NCBI GenBank assembly: GCA_016703965.1 | Contig: JADJBB010000005.1 | Span: forward strand, 1,471-65,470 | Reading direction: 5' to 3' | DNA from: Acidobacteriota bacterium | GTDB taxonomy: Bacteria; Acidobacteriota; Blastocatellia; Pyrinomonadales; Pyrinomonadaceae | Length of the DNA stretch: 64,000 bases | Position numbers and translations under genes: made by a program | Shown here: positions 1 to 9,376 of the stretch, piece by piece | How positions within the stretch are numbered: the first letter of the stretch is position 1 | Layout: each line of letters begins with the position of its first letter | The notes under the pieces: generated by a model | What the model was told of the DNA's origin: nothing | The model's input: only the letters and a program-made list of their open reading frames with translations | The model's database searches: none

Positions 1-447
1 GAGTTCCAAGCGGAAACACCGGCTTTTGCGGTCAACTACCATCTCATATCGGTTCTTCAGAATTGGGCGCCCCGCAGCGATTGCGGGAGGACCGCCGAGA
101 CCACCCAAACGATAACCGATGACCTGAAGCCGCAGGATTTTCTCCTGATGTTCGATCTGCAACAATTGATAAGCAACAGGACTAGCTTCGCTCACACCCG
201 AAACCGTGAGGATATTGCGATAGAGATCTTCGGGAACCCGAGAACTTTCCGCAAATGGACCATTGGTATCTTTTTGCACAACCCATAAATCAACTTTGGG
301 GGCACGAACAATGCTCAACGCGTCTTCAACCATACCCGCGTAAATTCCATTCATCGCCATCACTGTTGTGAGCAGCAAACCGAGACCTACAGCAGTTAAA
401 ATAAACCGACCCAACCGATATTCAACATCATGGAGTGCGAGGTTCAT
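1..447 (-). CDS. ABC transporter permease, MacB/DevC (FtsX) type, N-terminal part; gene continues beyond the window start
   Basis: Not in the ORF track because the window edge truncates it. Own translation from the ATG at 447: MNLALHDVEYRLGRFILTAVGLGLLLTTVMAMNGIYAGMVEDALSIVRA... This is an N-terminal TM helix followed by a soluble loop, as in MacB-type permeases. The start overlaps the stop of the upstream adaptor gene (ATGA at 444-447). Confidence 0.6.
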   Translation of the reverse strand, partial: MNLALHDVEYRLGRFILTAVGLGLLLTTVMAMNGIYAGMVEDALSIVRAPKVDLWVVQKDTNGPFAESSRVPEDLYRNILTVSGVSEASPVAYQLLQIEHQEKILRLQVIGYRLGGLGGPPAIAAGRPILKNRYEMVVDRKSRCFRLEL

Positions 448-1892
448 TGTTTCACCTGCGGCTCTTCTTTACTTTCTTCGGCAGCGCTTGAAACTCGCCG
501 ACCTTCATTGCTCAAATCGGATAATTTACCCGGCGAAACGACAACCTTATCTCCGCTTTCAAGTCCTGAAATCACTTCCGCCCAGCCGCTTGCATCAACC
601 ATTCCGGTTTGTATTTTTCTAAACTGCAAACGATTTTCAATCACCAGCCAAACGCCGATTCCTTCTTTTGAGCGAATCAATGCAGATGCGGGAATAACCT
701 TCAAAGTCCTTGTTTTTGGTCGAATTATTGCTTCTAGCTGTTCGCCAAGCCTGATATGTTCGGGTATTCGCTCAAACGAAATATCAACGGCAATTTGTTC
801 GGTTACGCGATCACTTTCACGCTGAATCCGTGTTACTTTTCCCTGCAAATTCCCCGTCTGCATCGAACGCAAAGTAATTTCGGCAAGATCACCAACTTCA
901 AAAGAGTTTGAATTGCTTTCATCAATAAAAACAGTCGCCCAAATTGTTGTTGGGTCGGCAATTTTGAGTATCGGGGTTCCGGGATTTACTACTGCACCGG
1001 GTTCTAGTTCACGACTGACCACATATCCGCTTATTTGACTGACGATCACACCTTCAGATTTCCGCGCATCTGCTGATGCAAGTGCAGCTTCGGCAACACT
1101 TATATCTTGCTCAATTACTTTCAACCCGGTTCTTAGCGTTGCGACATCGTCATTTGCAACTTTCAGTTGGGCTTGAGCCTGCTTAACATCTTCGCCGACT
1201 GTATTGATTTGAGCCTCGATGTTTTTCACATCTTCCAATGCTGTATTTCGTTGAGCTTCGGCATTTTTTACATCATCGTCAGCGGCTTTCTCCTGCGTCA
1301 GACGTTCTTCCAATTCCATTTTTGAAACATCGCCGGATTGATAAAGTTTTTGCCACCGATTAGCGTTGTTTTGTGCTTGTAAGCGAAGAGTGCGCAATTT
1401 TGAAATGGTTGAATCGAATGAGGTTACGGCAGATTTCGCCCGACGCAAAGACGCTCTTGGAACTTCCCTATTAGTCATTATTCGTTGAACAGATGCTCGC
1501 TGAACTTCAACGGCGGACAGCGCCCGTTGAATCTCCGCCCGACGAACTTCCGCAGTTGACCTTGAACGCTGCAATGTGGATTCGGCACGCTCCATTTCAG
1601 CCCGTAATTCAGAATCTTCGAGCGTCGCTAAAACCTGTCCATTTGAGACCGTATCGCCTTGATCCACGTCAATTGAAATTAATCGCCCAGGTATTTTCGA
1701 AGCAATATTTACAACGATTTTTGATTCAACCGTTCCAATGCCTTGAATCGATGGCGTGATTCTCCTCTCCGATATTTCTGTAACCGTAACTTGTGGCGGG
1801 CGCAGCCAAAACCACAAAAGCCCCCCGGCCAGAGCCAAAAATCCTACTGCCAAAAGGACTCTCAAGAACGATTTTGTGTATCCGCCTTTCAT
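444..1892 (-). CDS. HlyD-family efflux periplasmic adaptor (MacA/DevB-like)
   Basis: 482-aa ORF. It has an N-terminal membrane anchor (LLAVGFLALAGGLLWFWL), a long heptad-rich alpha-helical hairpin and a C-terminal beta segment (GYVVSRELEPGAVVNPGTPILKIADP), typical of MFP adaptors. It is translationally coupled to the permease gene. Confidence 0.8.
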   Translation of the reverse strand: MKGGYTKSFLRVLLAVGFLALAGGLLWFWLRPPQVTVTEISERRITPSIQGIGTVESKIVVNIASKIPGRLISIDVDQGDTVSNGQVLATLEDSELRAEMERAESTLQRSRSTAEVRRAEIQRALSAVEVQRASVQRIMTNREVPRASLRRAKSAVTSFDSTISKLRTLRLQAQNNANRWQKLYQSGDVSKMELEERLTQEKAADDDVKNAEAQRNTALEDVKNIEAQINTVGEDVKQAQAQLKVANDDVATLRTGLKVIEQDISVAEAALASADARKSEGVIVSQISGYVVSRELEPGAVVNPGTPILKIADPTTIWATVFIDESNSNSFEVGDLAEITLRSMQTGNLQGKVTRIQRESDRVTEQIAVDISFERIPEHIRLGEQLEAIIRPKTRTLKVIPASALIRSKEGIGVWLVIENRLQFRKIQTGMVDASGWAEVISGLESGDKVVVSPGKLSDLSNEGRRVSSAAEESKEEPQVKQ

Positions 1893-1929
1893 TAACTGCT
1901 CATCGTTTCCAGTAAGCTCTTTCGAAAAA

Positions 1930-2340
1930 TCACTTCTCCTTGAATTTGGTCAATAATACGGAAACTTTTGATAAAGCTCTTATTTCGTGAACGACATTTG
2001 GTTCGATCGTAACCAACACACCTACTTTTAGTTCAACCTCTTCCTTTTCCTCGCCGACAATTAATAGGCCTTTTCCCGCAACACATTGAATCGTAATCGG
2101 TTCGGCGGCTTTATGAGCATCCAAAATGGCTTTATTGCGTAGCGTGATTTGGACGATTTTTCGGCGATCACCATCAAAAAGCGGCGTAACCTCTTTATCT
2201 TTGCCGTCGCCGATTTTAGTTTGTAAATTCAACTTTTGCATATTTCTTTCCTGACTATTGACATTAAAACCGATGAACGTAATCATCAGAGCAACTCCTA
2301 AAACTACAGTTAAAAACAAAATTCTCTTCATTTTTGACAA
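1930..2340 (-). CDS. exported cupin-like protein
   Basis: 136 aa. N-terminal signal/TM segment (ILFLTVVLGVALMITFIGF). The C-terminal ~90 aa show a cupin-like beta pattern (ITIQCVAGKGLLIVGEEKEEVELKVGVLVTIEPNVVHEI). Confidence 0.45.
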   Translation of the reverse strand: MSKMKRILFLTVVLGVALMITFIGFNVNSQERNMQKLNLQTKIGDGKDKEVTPLFDGDRRKIVQITLRNKAILDAHKAAEPITIQCVAGKGLLIVGEEKEEVELKVGVLVTIEPNVVHEIRALSKVSVLLTKFKEK

Positions 2341-2560
2341 ACCCCCAACCTGCCTCCGAAACTTTATTAAGATTCAGACAGTTGAAAAATACTCGATTAG
2401 CCGATCAGATCATTTCCATCTGGTTGAAATCCGAAACCGCGCGCAAAGCGGGCAAAAACTAATCAAACTCATCAGTAAAAACGCAATTCGGTCAATCGCC
2501 GGGCCGCAATGGTCGGACCGGGAAAATCCGTTGTTACCTCAGATGGTCGTATCATGCGGC

Positions 2561-2941
2561 TTAGCACGCGGCGTCGCCCTTGGGGTGAGGGTAGCGGTCA
2601 GACTGGTCTTCGTCGTTGTGGGCATTTAGACAAACAAAGTCCTTTTCGATCAATATTCTGAGTTCGGTTTGTTCGTCCGCAAGAAACGTTCCGGCAAGGC
2701 TAACCTCGTCGGAGTTGGCCCAGCTATTGGCGTCGGAGGCAGGTACGCGAACCACGATTATTCCGTCCGCAAAAGAGGCCGAAAAATTACTGTTGGGCGT
2801 CTTTTCGAGCAAGTAGCCAAAGTCGTTTTTACCTAGCCCAAACCGCACGTTGTCCCCGATGGTTCCTGTTTGATCAAAAGTCTCGACTTCGGAACGGGCC
2901 AACCGAAAACGAAGAGTGTTTTCTCTAATTCGAAGTTTCAT
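2561..2941 (-). CDS. hypothetical protein
   Basis: 126-aa ORF (MKLRIRENTLRFRLARSEVETF...), soluble and acidic at the C-terminus. I could not assign a family from the sequence alone. Confidence 0.4.
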   Translation of the reverse strand: MKLRIRENTLRFRLARSEVETFDQTGTIGDNVRFGLGKNDFGYLLEKTPNSNFSASFADGIIVVRVPASDANSWANSDEVSLAGTFLADEQTELRILIEKDFVCLNAHNDEDQSDRYPHPKGDAAC

Positions 2942-3093
2942 GATCCATCCTCAACGCAAGTCTTAGAATAAGGAACGTAACACGAAGCACGGTCGCCGAA
3001 ATATGATCCAGATCACTTTTTTTGCATATGGCTAACGGATAAGAGTGCGAAGATGCTCAGTCGTTTCGACGAATATTCTTCCGCCGACTATTT

Positions 3094-3675
3094 TCAGATA
3101 TCCCTTTCCGCGAGCTTTCGGATAGTCCGGATCGTGGTCTCGAGCGAAAGCCCTGCCATCTCAGCTATATCTTGCCGTCGATGGGTGATCTTCTTAACTT
3201 CGCCCGCATTCATTTCACCCGTAAGCCTCAAAATAATGCTCGCAACACGCTGCTCGGCGGATGGCGTGGCCAAAATCTGAACGGTATCGGCACGGTCACG
3301 GAGAATGCCGCACATTCGGTTAAGCACCAGGGAAGAAAATTCGGACGATGATTCCATTAAAGCAAGAAACTCACCCCGCGGGACCATTAGAAGCGAGCTG
3401 TTCTCGATTGCAACGGCTGTTGCGGGAAATCGCTTTCCGTCCATCGCCGGCGGAATTGCGAATATCTCGCCAGCCTGAAACGTGCCAATGATGATCTCCT
3501 TACCCGCCTCAGGATAGCGAACCATTTTGATCTTTCCAGCCAATATGATCGGTAAAAATGTGGCCTGATCACCCTCGAAAAAAACGTGCTCGCCGCCACC
3601 GAACGAACGTCTGCGTCCAATAGCAAAGAGACCTTCTGTTAGTTCGGCACTAAAATGGTCGGATATTTGACTCAT
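3094..3675 (-). CDS. Crp/Fnr family transcriptional regulator
   Basis: cNMP-binding beta-roll (FFEGDQATFLPIILAGKIKMVRYPEAGKEIIIGTFQAGEIF) plus a C-terminal HTH (RRQDIAEMAGLSLETTIRTIRKL). I prefer the ATG at 3675 over the TTG at 3705. The gene is divergent from the nitrate operon. Confidence 0.8.
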   Translation of the reverse strand: MSQISDHFSAELTEGLFAIGRRRSFGGGEHVFFEGDQATFLPIILAGKIKMVRYPEAGKEIIIGTFQAGEIFAIPPAMDGKRFPATAVAIENSSLLMVPRGEFLALMESSSEFSSLVLNRMCGILRDRADTVQILATPSAEQRVASIILRLTGEMNAGEVKKITHRRQDIAEMAGLSLETTIRTIRKLAERDI

Positions 3676-4040
3676 GAACGTATGAAGCCCCCCAGCGATT
3701 CCCAAAACAATAGTTACATTTCATGAGCCAAATCATAAATCGAACGGCCGGAATTTGATATTTAATAAGGGAGCACGAGGGGACTCACATGAAGTATTTT
3801 CTCCGTACATTCTTACTAACAGGAAATTCGACTGTGATCTATCCCGTTTTCGAAGGGCCTTTTACTCATTCTTACATTACTCGCTATCGATCCGGATCTT
3901 CTGTGACCGCTAGTTTTAACGCGGCCTATCCGCATAAGTACGCTCACTTGTATTTTCGCCTGTAACGTTTCGAATATATGATAACTATCTAAGCCCAAGG
4001 AATTGCTCATTAGTTGTACGCACCATATTCTCTTTTAGGT

Positions 4041-4056
4041 TGGCACTCATTTTGCA
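4041..4056 (+). promoter_or_regulatory. sigma-54 (RpoN) -24/-12 promoter upstream of the nitrate operon
   Basis: TGGCAC-tcatt-TTGCA at 4041-4056 is an exact match to the TGGCAC-N5-TTGC(A/T) consensus (GG-N10-GC spacing). It ends 32 nt upstream of the ATG at 4089. Confidence 0.55.
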
Positions 4057-4088
4057 GACGACAGATGGTTGCCCTATAGAAAAAACGA

Positions 4089-5177
4089 ATGCCCATCGAG
4101 ATCACCAAGCCAGCTACTTCGATTAATTATCGCAACCCGACCTTGATCGGGCTCGGGGCATCAATGGCTCTGACGGCACTTGTTATTGTCGGTTCGCGAA
4201 ATCTTGAGCATTTCGATTCGGCGCTATTCGGATATCTGATCGCAAGTATCGTCGCGATCGGTGCGATTTTTTTCCGCTATGCACTTTGGCTTCAGCGTCC
4301 GGCGACGCGAGCATATTTTTCTAGAGGGTTGAAGCTATTTTTCCAGCGAAAGAAATTTGCACGCAACACACTAGACGCTACAAAAACGGTAGGCATCAAT
4401 ATGCTCGCCCAGAAGTTTATCTTCAAACGGGCCAAATCAAGATGGCTGATGCATTTTCTGATCATGTGGGGCTGTATTTTGTCAGCGGCCATCACATTCC
4501 CGCTGGTATGGGGCTGGATACACTTCAAACTTGAGAGCGAAACAGGCTACAAGGCCTACGTATTCGGCTTTCCAATGCAATCGATGGACGTCCACAGCGT
4601 ACTGGCATTTTTCACGTTCAAGGCTCTCAATTTCACGGCTCTCATGGTGCTCGCGGGTTGTGCTATTGCGATCCATCGCCGCTTAAAAGACCGCGGAGCA
4701 ATAGCGGTCCAGCAATTTCTTTTGGATTTTGTTCCCCATCTTTTGTTGATCTCGATCTGCGTTTCGGGACTTATGTTAACGGCATCGAGTACATATTTCG
4801 GTGGGTATATGTACTCGTTCATTGCCCTGACCCATCAAGCGATAGTGATAATGACACTATTCTTCCTGCCGTTTGGCAAGCTATTTCATATTGTTCAGCG
4901 TCCGGCGTCGATCGGCGTTGAGCTATATCAACAGCGAGCGAAAGAAATGGAGCAGGCAAAATGTCGGCGGTGCGGCGTAGAATTCGCGTCTGTTATGTGG
5001 CTCGGCGATCTGAAGAGCGTCGTCGAAAAAGTCGGGTTTGACTACACAATGGAAAATGGTGAGAAGTTGCAGGATTATTGTCCGCGTTGCAAACGTGTAA
5101 TCCGGGGCCTTGCATACTCCGTCCTAATGGATCGCCCCGATAAGGTCTTTCACGGCTCACGCTCCGGCACCGAATAG
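4089..5177 (+). CDS. NarI/DsrM/HdrE-family membrane (di-heme b type) subunit with C-terminal Cys4 ribbon
   Basis: 362 aa, multi-pass membrane protein with His in TM helices (WLMHFLIMWG, VPHLLL, LTHQAIV). It carries the family-typical C-terminal TM motif LPFGKLFHIV. An extra cytoplasmic tail has CRRCG...CPRCK. Confidence 0.6.
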   Translation: MPIEITKPATSINYRNPTLIGLGASMALTALVIVGSRNLEHFDSALFGYLIASIVAIGAIFFRYALWLQRPATRAYFSRGLKLFFQRKKFARNTLDATKTVGINMLAQKFIFKRAKSRWLMHFLIMWGCILSAAITFPLVWGWIHFKLESETGYKAYVFGFPMQSMDVHSVLAFFTFKALNFTALMVLAGCAIAIHRRLKDRGAIAVQQFLLDFVPHLLLISICVSGLMLTASSTYFGGYMYSFIALTHQAIVIMTLFFLPFGKLFHIVQRPASIGVELYQQRAKEMEQAKCRRCGVEFASVMWLGDLKSVVEKVGFDYTMENGEKLQDYCPRCKRVIRGLAYSVLMDRPDKVFHGSRSGTE

Positions 5178-5183
5178 CAAATA

Positions 5184-7415
5184 ATGTCAAAAGTTGAGAA
5201 TCTCGCAAGTATCATTGATCGTTTCGGCCCTCATTTGCACGATGAGCCTATAGGCGGTTGGAGCGCCGAACGAAAAGTCGACAAGATGGTGCCCACCCAC
5301 TGTCCGTATTGCGGAATGCAGTGTGGCATGAATCTGCTGGTTGAAAAGAATCATGTTGTCGGCGTAGAACCGCGTTACGATTTTCCGGTAAACGAGGGCC
5401 GATTGTGTCCAAAGGGAGTGACGGCGTATCTACAGACACATCATCCCGATCGGCTGGAATACCCGCTGATAAAACAAAATGGCAATTTCGAGCGAGCGAG
5501 CTGGGACGAGGCTCTCGATCTGATCGTGGCGAAATTTAAGGGGCTGCAGGAAAAATACGGAAAGGATTCAATCGCTGTTTATTCAGGCTCGTCGCTGACG
5601 ACCGAAAAGACATATCTCGTCGGTAAATTCGCCCGCCTTGGTTTGCAGACCAGATACATTGATTACAATGGACGACTTTGCATGGCGTCCGCTGCAGGCG
5701 GCAATAACAAGGCGTTCGGCATCGACCGGGCGGCAAATCCATGGAGCGATATACCGCACGCCGAGGTTCTGATAATCGCCGGAGCAAACTGTGCTGAAAC
5801 GTTTCCCATCCTTAACGGATTCCTTTGGAAACAACGTGATAACGGCGGCGTCTGGATCGTAATCGATCCCCGCGAGACCGCGACAGCTCGTCAAGGCGAT
5901 CTGCATTTACAGCTCAAGCCCGGAACGGATGTGGCCGTTGCGAATGGCATCTTGAATGTCCTGATCAATGAGAACCTCATCGATCAGGCGTTTATCGACA
6001 GCCGCACTAATGACTGGGAAGCGGCCAGGGCGGCGGCATTGAATTATCCACCCGATGTCGCTTCAGAGATCTCCGGTGTCCCGGCGGGGAAGATCATTCA
6101 GGCCGCTCGCCTCTACGGTCGTGCAAAGACCGGAATGATCATGCATGCCCGCGGCATCGAGCATCACTCGAACGGGACGGAGAACGTGCTGAGTTATATC
6201 AATATCGCACTTGCGACCGGTAAGATCGGCTCGGAAGGCCGCGGCTACGGCACGATCACCGGTCAGGGCAACGGCCAGGGCGGCCGTGAGCATGGACAGA
6301 AGGCCGACCAACTTCCGGGCTATCGGTCGATGCTTAATCCTGAACATCGGAAGTACATTGCCGAGGTTTGGGGGATCGACGAATCTGAAATGCCTGAACC
6401 TGGCGTATCCGCCGTCGAGCTGTTTAACAAAATGCGGGAAGGCGAGATCAAAGGCCTTCTCTCGATATGCAGCAACATGATGGTCTCGCTGCCGGATACC
6501 AATCAGGTGCGGAAGTCGCTCGAGGGACTCGAATTTAACGTCTGCATCGACTTCTTTATGTCCGAGAGCGCCCGTTATGCCGACGTTGTCCTCCCCGGTA
6601 CAACATGGTCCGAAGACGAAGGTACGACCACCAGCGGCGAGGGCCGCGTGATAAAGATCAATCAAGCGATAGACCCGCCCGGTGAGGCTCGCCACGATTG
6701 GCGCGCCCTCCAGGAGATCGCTCATAGGATGGGTCGCGGAAAGTACTTTCAATTTGAGTCTCCTCGGGAGATATTTGACGAGCTCCGAGTCGCTTCCAAG
6801 GGTGGGAAGGCAGATTATTTCGGGGTCACTTACGAAAAGATCGACAAACAGGACGGCGTGTTCTGGCCATGCCCAACCGAGGAAAGCACGGGGACGCCGC
6901 GTCTTTTCGAGGAACGTTTCGCTCACGATGACGGCAAGGCAAGATTTCACGCGATCGAATATAAAGGTGCCGCAGAGAAACCCGATGAAGAGTATCCTTT
7001 GATCTTTACCAGCGGGCGTATCGTTCACCAGTATTTGTCGGGCAATCAGACCCGGCGTATTGGCTTTCTTGTTCAGCAGTGTCCGGAGCCATTCGTTGAG
7101 ATGCATCCTGAAACCGCAATGAGATACAAGATCAACGATGGCGAGCGGGTCAAGGTGATCTCGCGTCGCGGTGAAGGTATATTCCCCGCTCTGGTAGTAA
7201 AAACCATCAGGCCCGATACGATCTTTATCCCGTACCACTGGGGAGAGGAACTCGCGGCAAATCAGATAACCAACGCCGCACTCGACCCGACCTCGAAAAT
7301 ACCGGAATTCAAAGCATGTGCCGCCCGTCTCGAGAAAATACACACGAGAGAATTGCCGATACTGGGCGAGGTGCGAAAGGGAACGTCGCAAAATGAAGTG
7401 CAGAAAGGAAAATAG
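5184..7415 (+). CDS. molybdopterin (bis-MGD) oxidoreductase, Nas/NarB/Nap-like nitrate reductase catalytic subunit
   Basis: 743 aa. N-terminal 4Fe-4S motif HCPYCGMQCG...(27)...CPKG. Mo-ligand region NGRLCMASAAGGNNKAFG, as in Nap/Nas enzymes. C-terminal EFKACAARLEKI. No twin-arginine signal peptide. Confidence 0.85.
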   Translation: MSKVENLASIIDRFGPHLHDEPIGGWSAERKVDKMVPTHCPYCGMQCGMNLLVEKNHVVGVEPRYDFPVNEGRLCPKGVTAYLQTHHPDRLEYPLIKQNGNFERASWDEALDLIVAKFKGLQEKYGKDSIAVYSGSSLTTEKTYLVGKFARLGLQTRYIDYNGRLCMASAAGGNNKAFGIDRAANPWSDIPHAEVLIIAGANCAETFPILNGFLWKQRDNGGVWIVIDPRETATARQGDLHLQLKPGTDVAVANGILNVLINENLIDQAFIDSRTNDWEAARAAALNYPPDVASEISGVPAGKIIQAARLYGRAKTGMIMHARGIEHHSNGTENVLSYINIALATGKIGSEGRGYGTITGQGNGQGGREHGQKADQLPGYRSMLNPEHRKYIAEVWGIDESEMPEPGVSAVELFNKMREGEIKGLLSICSNMMVSLPDTNQVRKSLEGLEFNVCIDFFMSESARYADVVLPGTTWSEDEGTTTSGEGRVIKINQAIDPPGEARHDWRALQEIAHRMGRGKYFQFESPREIFDELRVASKGGKADYFGVTYEKIDKQDGVFWPCPTEESTGTPRLFEERFAHDDGKARFHAIEYKGAAEKPDEEYPLIFTSGRIVHQYLSGNQTRRIGFLVQQCPEPFVEMHPETAMRYKINDGERVKVISRRGEGIFPALVVKTIRPDTIFIPYHWGEELAANQITNAALDPTSKIPEFKACAARLEKIHTRELPILGEVRKGTSQNEVQKGK

Positions 7416-7418
7416 AGC

Positions 7419-8069
7419 ATGAATGAAACGATGTTTATCGATCCGCAGCGATGCATAGGGTGTAGGTCCTGTGTAGCCGCATGCCGCGAGTGTTCGACGC
7501 ATAAGGGTTACTCGATGATCTTCGTCGACTATATCGACCGCAGCGAGACGACCGCTACCATGCCCACCATATGTATGCACTGCGAAGAGCCGACTTGTGC
7601 GCTGGTTTGCCCCGCGGACGCGATCAAACAAAATGAAGATGGCGTGGTCATGTCTGCACTGAAGCCACGATGCCTCGATTGCCGCAATTGTGTGAACGCG
7701 TGCCCTTTCGGTGTGCCGAAATATAATTCCGCGATGCATCTGCAGATGAAATGCGACATGTGCTACGACCGAACGAGCGAGGGTCTCAAGCCTATGTGCG
7801 CAAGCGTCTGTCCGACAGGAGCAATTTCGTTCGGTACTTATGAACAGATCGTTCCGCTACGTAGAACTAAGCCCGTCAATGCTCACGTTTTTGGCAATCA
7901 AAGCGTTAAGACAAAAGTCTACATGATGCTGCCGACTGACGCTGATGAGGTAAGCGTCGACGGGTGCGGCGTTTTCGAGGGACAGACAGCGCTTGACGGA
8001 GCTAACGTAAGCGAAGAATCGTGGATAGATACTCAAGTGGAGGAATCCAATAAGAGCAATGAATTCTAA
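7419..8069 (+). CDS. four-cluster 4Fe-4S ferredoxin subunit (DmsB/NrfC/HybA-like)
   Basis: 216 aa with four Cys groups: [37 protein letters not shown] and CDMC...CASVCP. No signal peptide. It starts 3 nt after the catalytic subunit. Confidence 0.8.
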   Translation: MNETMFIDPQRCIGCRSCVAACRECSTHKGYSMIFVDYIDRSETTATMPTICMHCEEPTCALVCPADAIKQNEDGVVMSALKPRCLDCRNCVNACPFGVPKYNSAMHLQMKCDMCYDRTSEGLKPMCASVCPTGAISFGTYEQIVPLRRTKPVNAHVFGNQSVKTKVYMMLPTDADEVSVDGCGVFEGQTALDGANVSEESWIDTQVEESNKSNEF

Positions 8070-8645
8070 AGCATTCCATCAAGATACGATCAATAAGATA
8101 CTGGCCGGGGATAATGAAATATCGGATGAAGTAAATGTCCGCACAGCGACGGCTCCGTTTCAGGCCGAGTTCCCTTATGAACGAGACAGCGAAGCTCAGG
8201 TTACTAGGCGGGAGTTCTGCAACTTTCTCTTTTTAACATCGAGTGCACTGTTTTTGGCGCGGCTGGATTTGCAGGGAAATCTGCATATGATGCCCGATCG
8301 CCAAGAACCTTTACGCCGGCGAAGATCGATGGTGCAATGAGCATCGAACCCGGATCAGCCTTGAATTTCGCGTACCCCTCGGAGGAAGATACCGCGATCC
8401 TGATACGCGACACCGACGGCACCTATGCTGCCTTTGGGCAGAAATGCACGCATCTGTCTTGCCCGGTCTACTATTCACAAGCAAACGACCGTCTCGAATG
8501 CCCGTGTCACAATGGTGGTTTCAGCTCCAAGACAGGCGAGGTATTGTATGGCCCGCCGCCGCGTCCGCTCGACAGAATTGAGCTTGAGACGATCAATGGT
8601 GAAATTTTTGCAGTTAAAAGAGAGGTGCGTGGCAATGAAGGATAA
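8059..8645 (+). CDS. Rieske [2Fe-2S] protein with N-terminal TRREF motif and TM helix (split by one frame break)
   Basis: ORFs 8059..8340 and 8337..8645 join into one protein if one base is added in the run at 8251-8257: ...[18 protein letters not shown]|[33 protein letters not shown]... Cluster ligands are CTHLSC and CPCHNG. Confidence 0.75.
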
Positions 8646-8886
8646 CGCCAAGCCGAGAAGACCCCAGAGCCGCGGACTTGCCGCCGTTTGGCAGGCCCGG
8701 CTCGCGATGCTTGTAATGATCAACGTGGCTCAGCTCTGGATCCTATCGGCAGCGGTCGAGGCGGCTCTTGCTCAGTCGTATGGGCAGTTGGCACCGCTCG
8801 TTATTGCATCGGGAATATGCTGGCTGATCGCTCTGAGCATCTTTCTATGGTGGCGCCCCGCCGGCGAAGGAGGTAGACGCTATTAA
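8635..8886 (+). CDS. small two-TM membrane protein
   Basis: An internal ATG at 8635 in ORF 8425..8886 gives 83 aa ([42 protein letters not shown]...LIALSIFLWW). It overlaps the Rieske stop by 11 nt. Confidence 0.45.
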   Translation: MKDNAKPRRPQSRGLAAVWQARLAMLVMINVAQLWILSAAVEAALAQSYGQLAPLVIASGICWLIALSIFLWWRPAGEGGRRY

Positions 8887-9340
8887 CCTTCAATTCTTAA
8901 AACTAGCCGTTTTAGGCATCGCGGTAGGCGGAGCACTTGCGATCGGGGTTTACACCTTTGTGTACGCCAAGGGATATTCGTATCTTTCGAACGACCCTGG
9001 AAACTGCGTTAATTGCCACATCATGAATGAACAATTTGATGGTTGGCAGAAGGGTAGCCATAAGAACGTCGCGACCTGTAATGATTGTCACACGCCCCAC
9101 GATACCATTGGAAAATATATGACCAAAGCCTCGAACGGCTTTTGGCATTCCTATTATTTCACCACTAATACTTTTCATGAACCGATTCAGTTGACCGAGC
9201 GAAGCCGGCAGATCACCGAAGAATCCTGTCGGCACTGTCATCAGAATATGGTTGATGCAATAACCGTTTCATTAGATAAAAAGCATACGGATGAGGTGTC
9301 TTGTCTCAGGTGCCATCGTTCAGTGGGGCACTTACATTAA
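8882..9340 (+). CDS. nrfH: NrfH, NapC/NirT-family tetraheme cytochrome c quinol dehydrogenase
   Basis: Four CXXCH motifs (CVNCH, CNDCH, CRHCH, CLRCH). The track ORF starts at GTG 8960, which lies inside the obligatory N-terminal TM helix (LKLAVLGIAVGGALAIGVYTFVY). The frame is open from 8837 with no ATG/GTG/TTG. AAGGAGG at 8867-8873 precedes an in-frame ATT at 8882. Confidence 0.8.
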   Translation: MNLQFLKLAVLGIAVGGALAIGVYTFVYAKGYSYLSNDPGNCVNCHIMNEQFDGWQKGSHKNVATCNDCHTPHDTIGKYMTKASNGFWHSYYFTTNTFHEPIQLTERSRQITEESCRHCHQNMVDAITVSLDKKHTDEVSCLRCHRSVGHLH

Positions 9341-9376
9341 AAAATTGGCTCAGTTGTAATACTAGGAGAAGGTAGC

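Noticed and set aside
3755-3768. Possible FNR/CRP box TTGATATTTAATAA upstream of the nitrate operon
   Set aside because: Only one half-site matches TTGAT-N4-ATCAA, in AT-rich DNA about 290 bp from the promoter. That is not enough to call.
6063-7739. 558-aa ORF on the minus strand, the longest unassigned ORF in the track
   Set aside because: It lies entirely antisense to the nitrate reductase catalytic and ferredoxin genes, whose plus-strand frames carry unmistakable cofactor motifs. Its own sequence is Arg/Gly/Ala-rich with no recognisable domain, so it is a shadow ORF.
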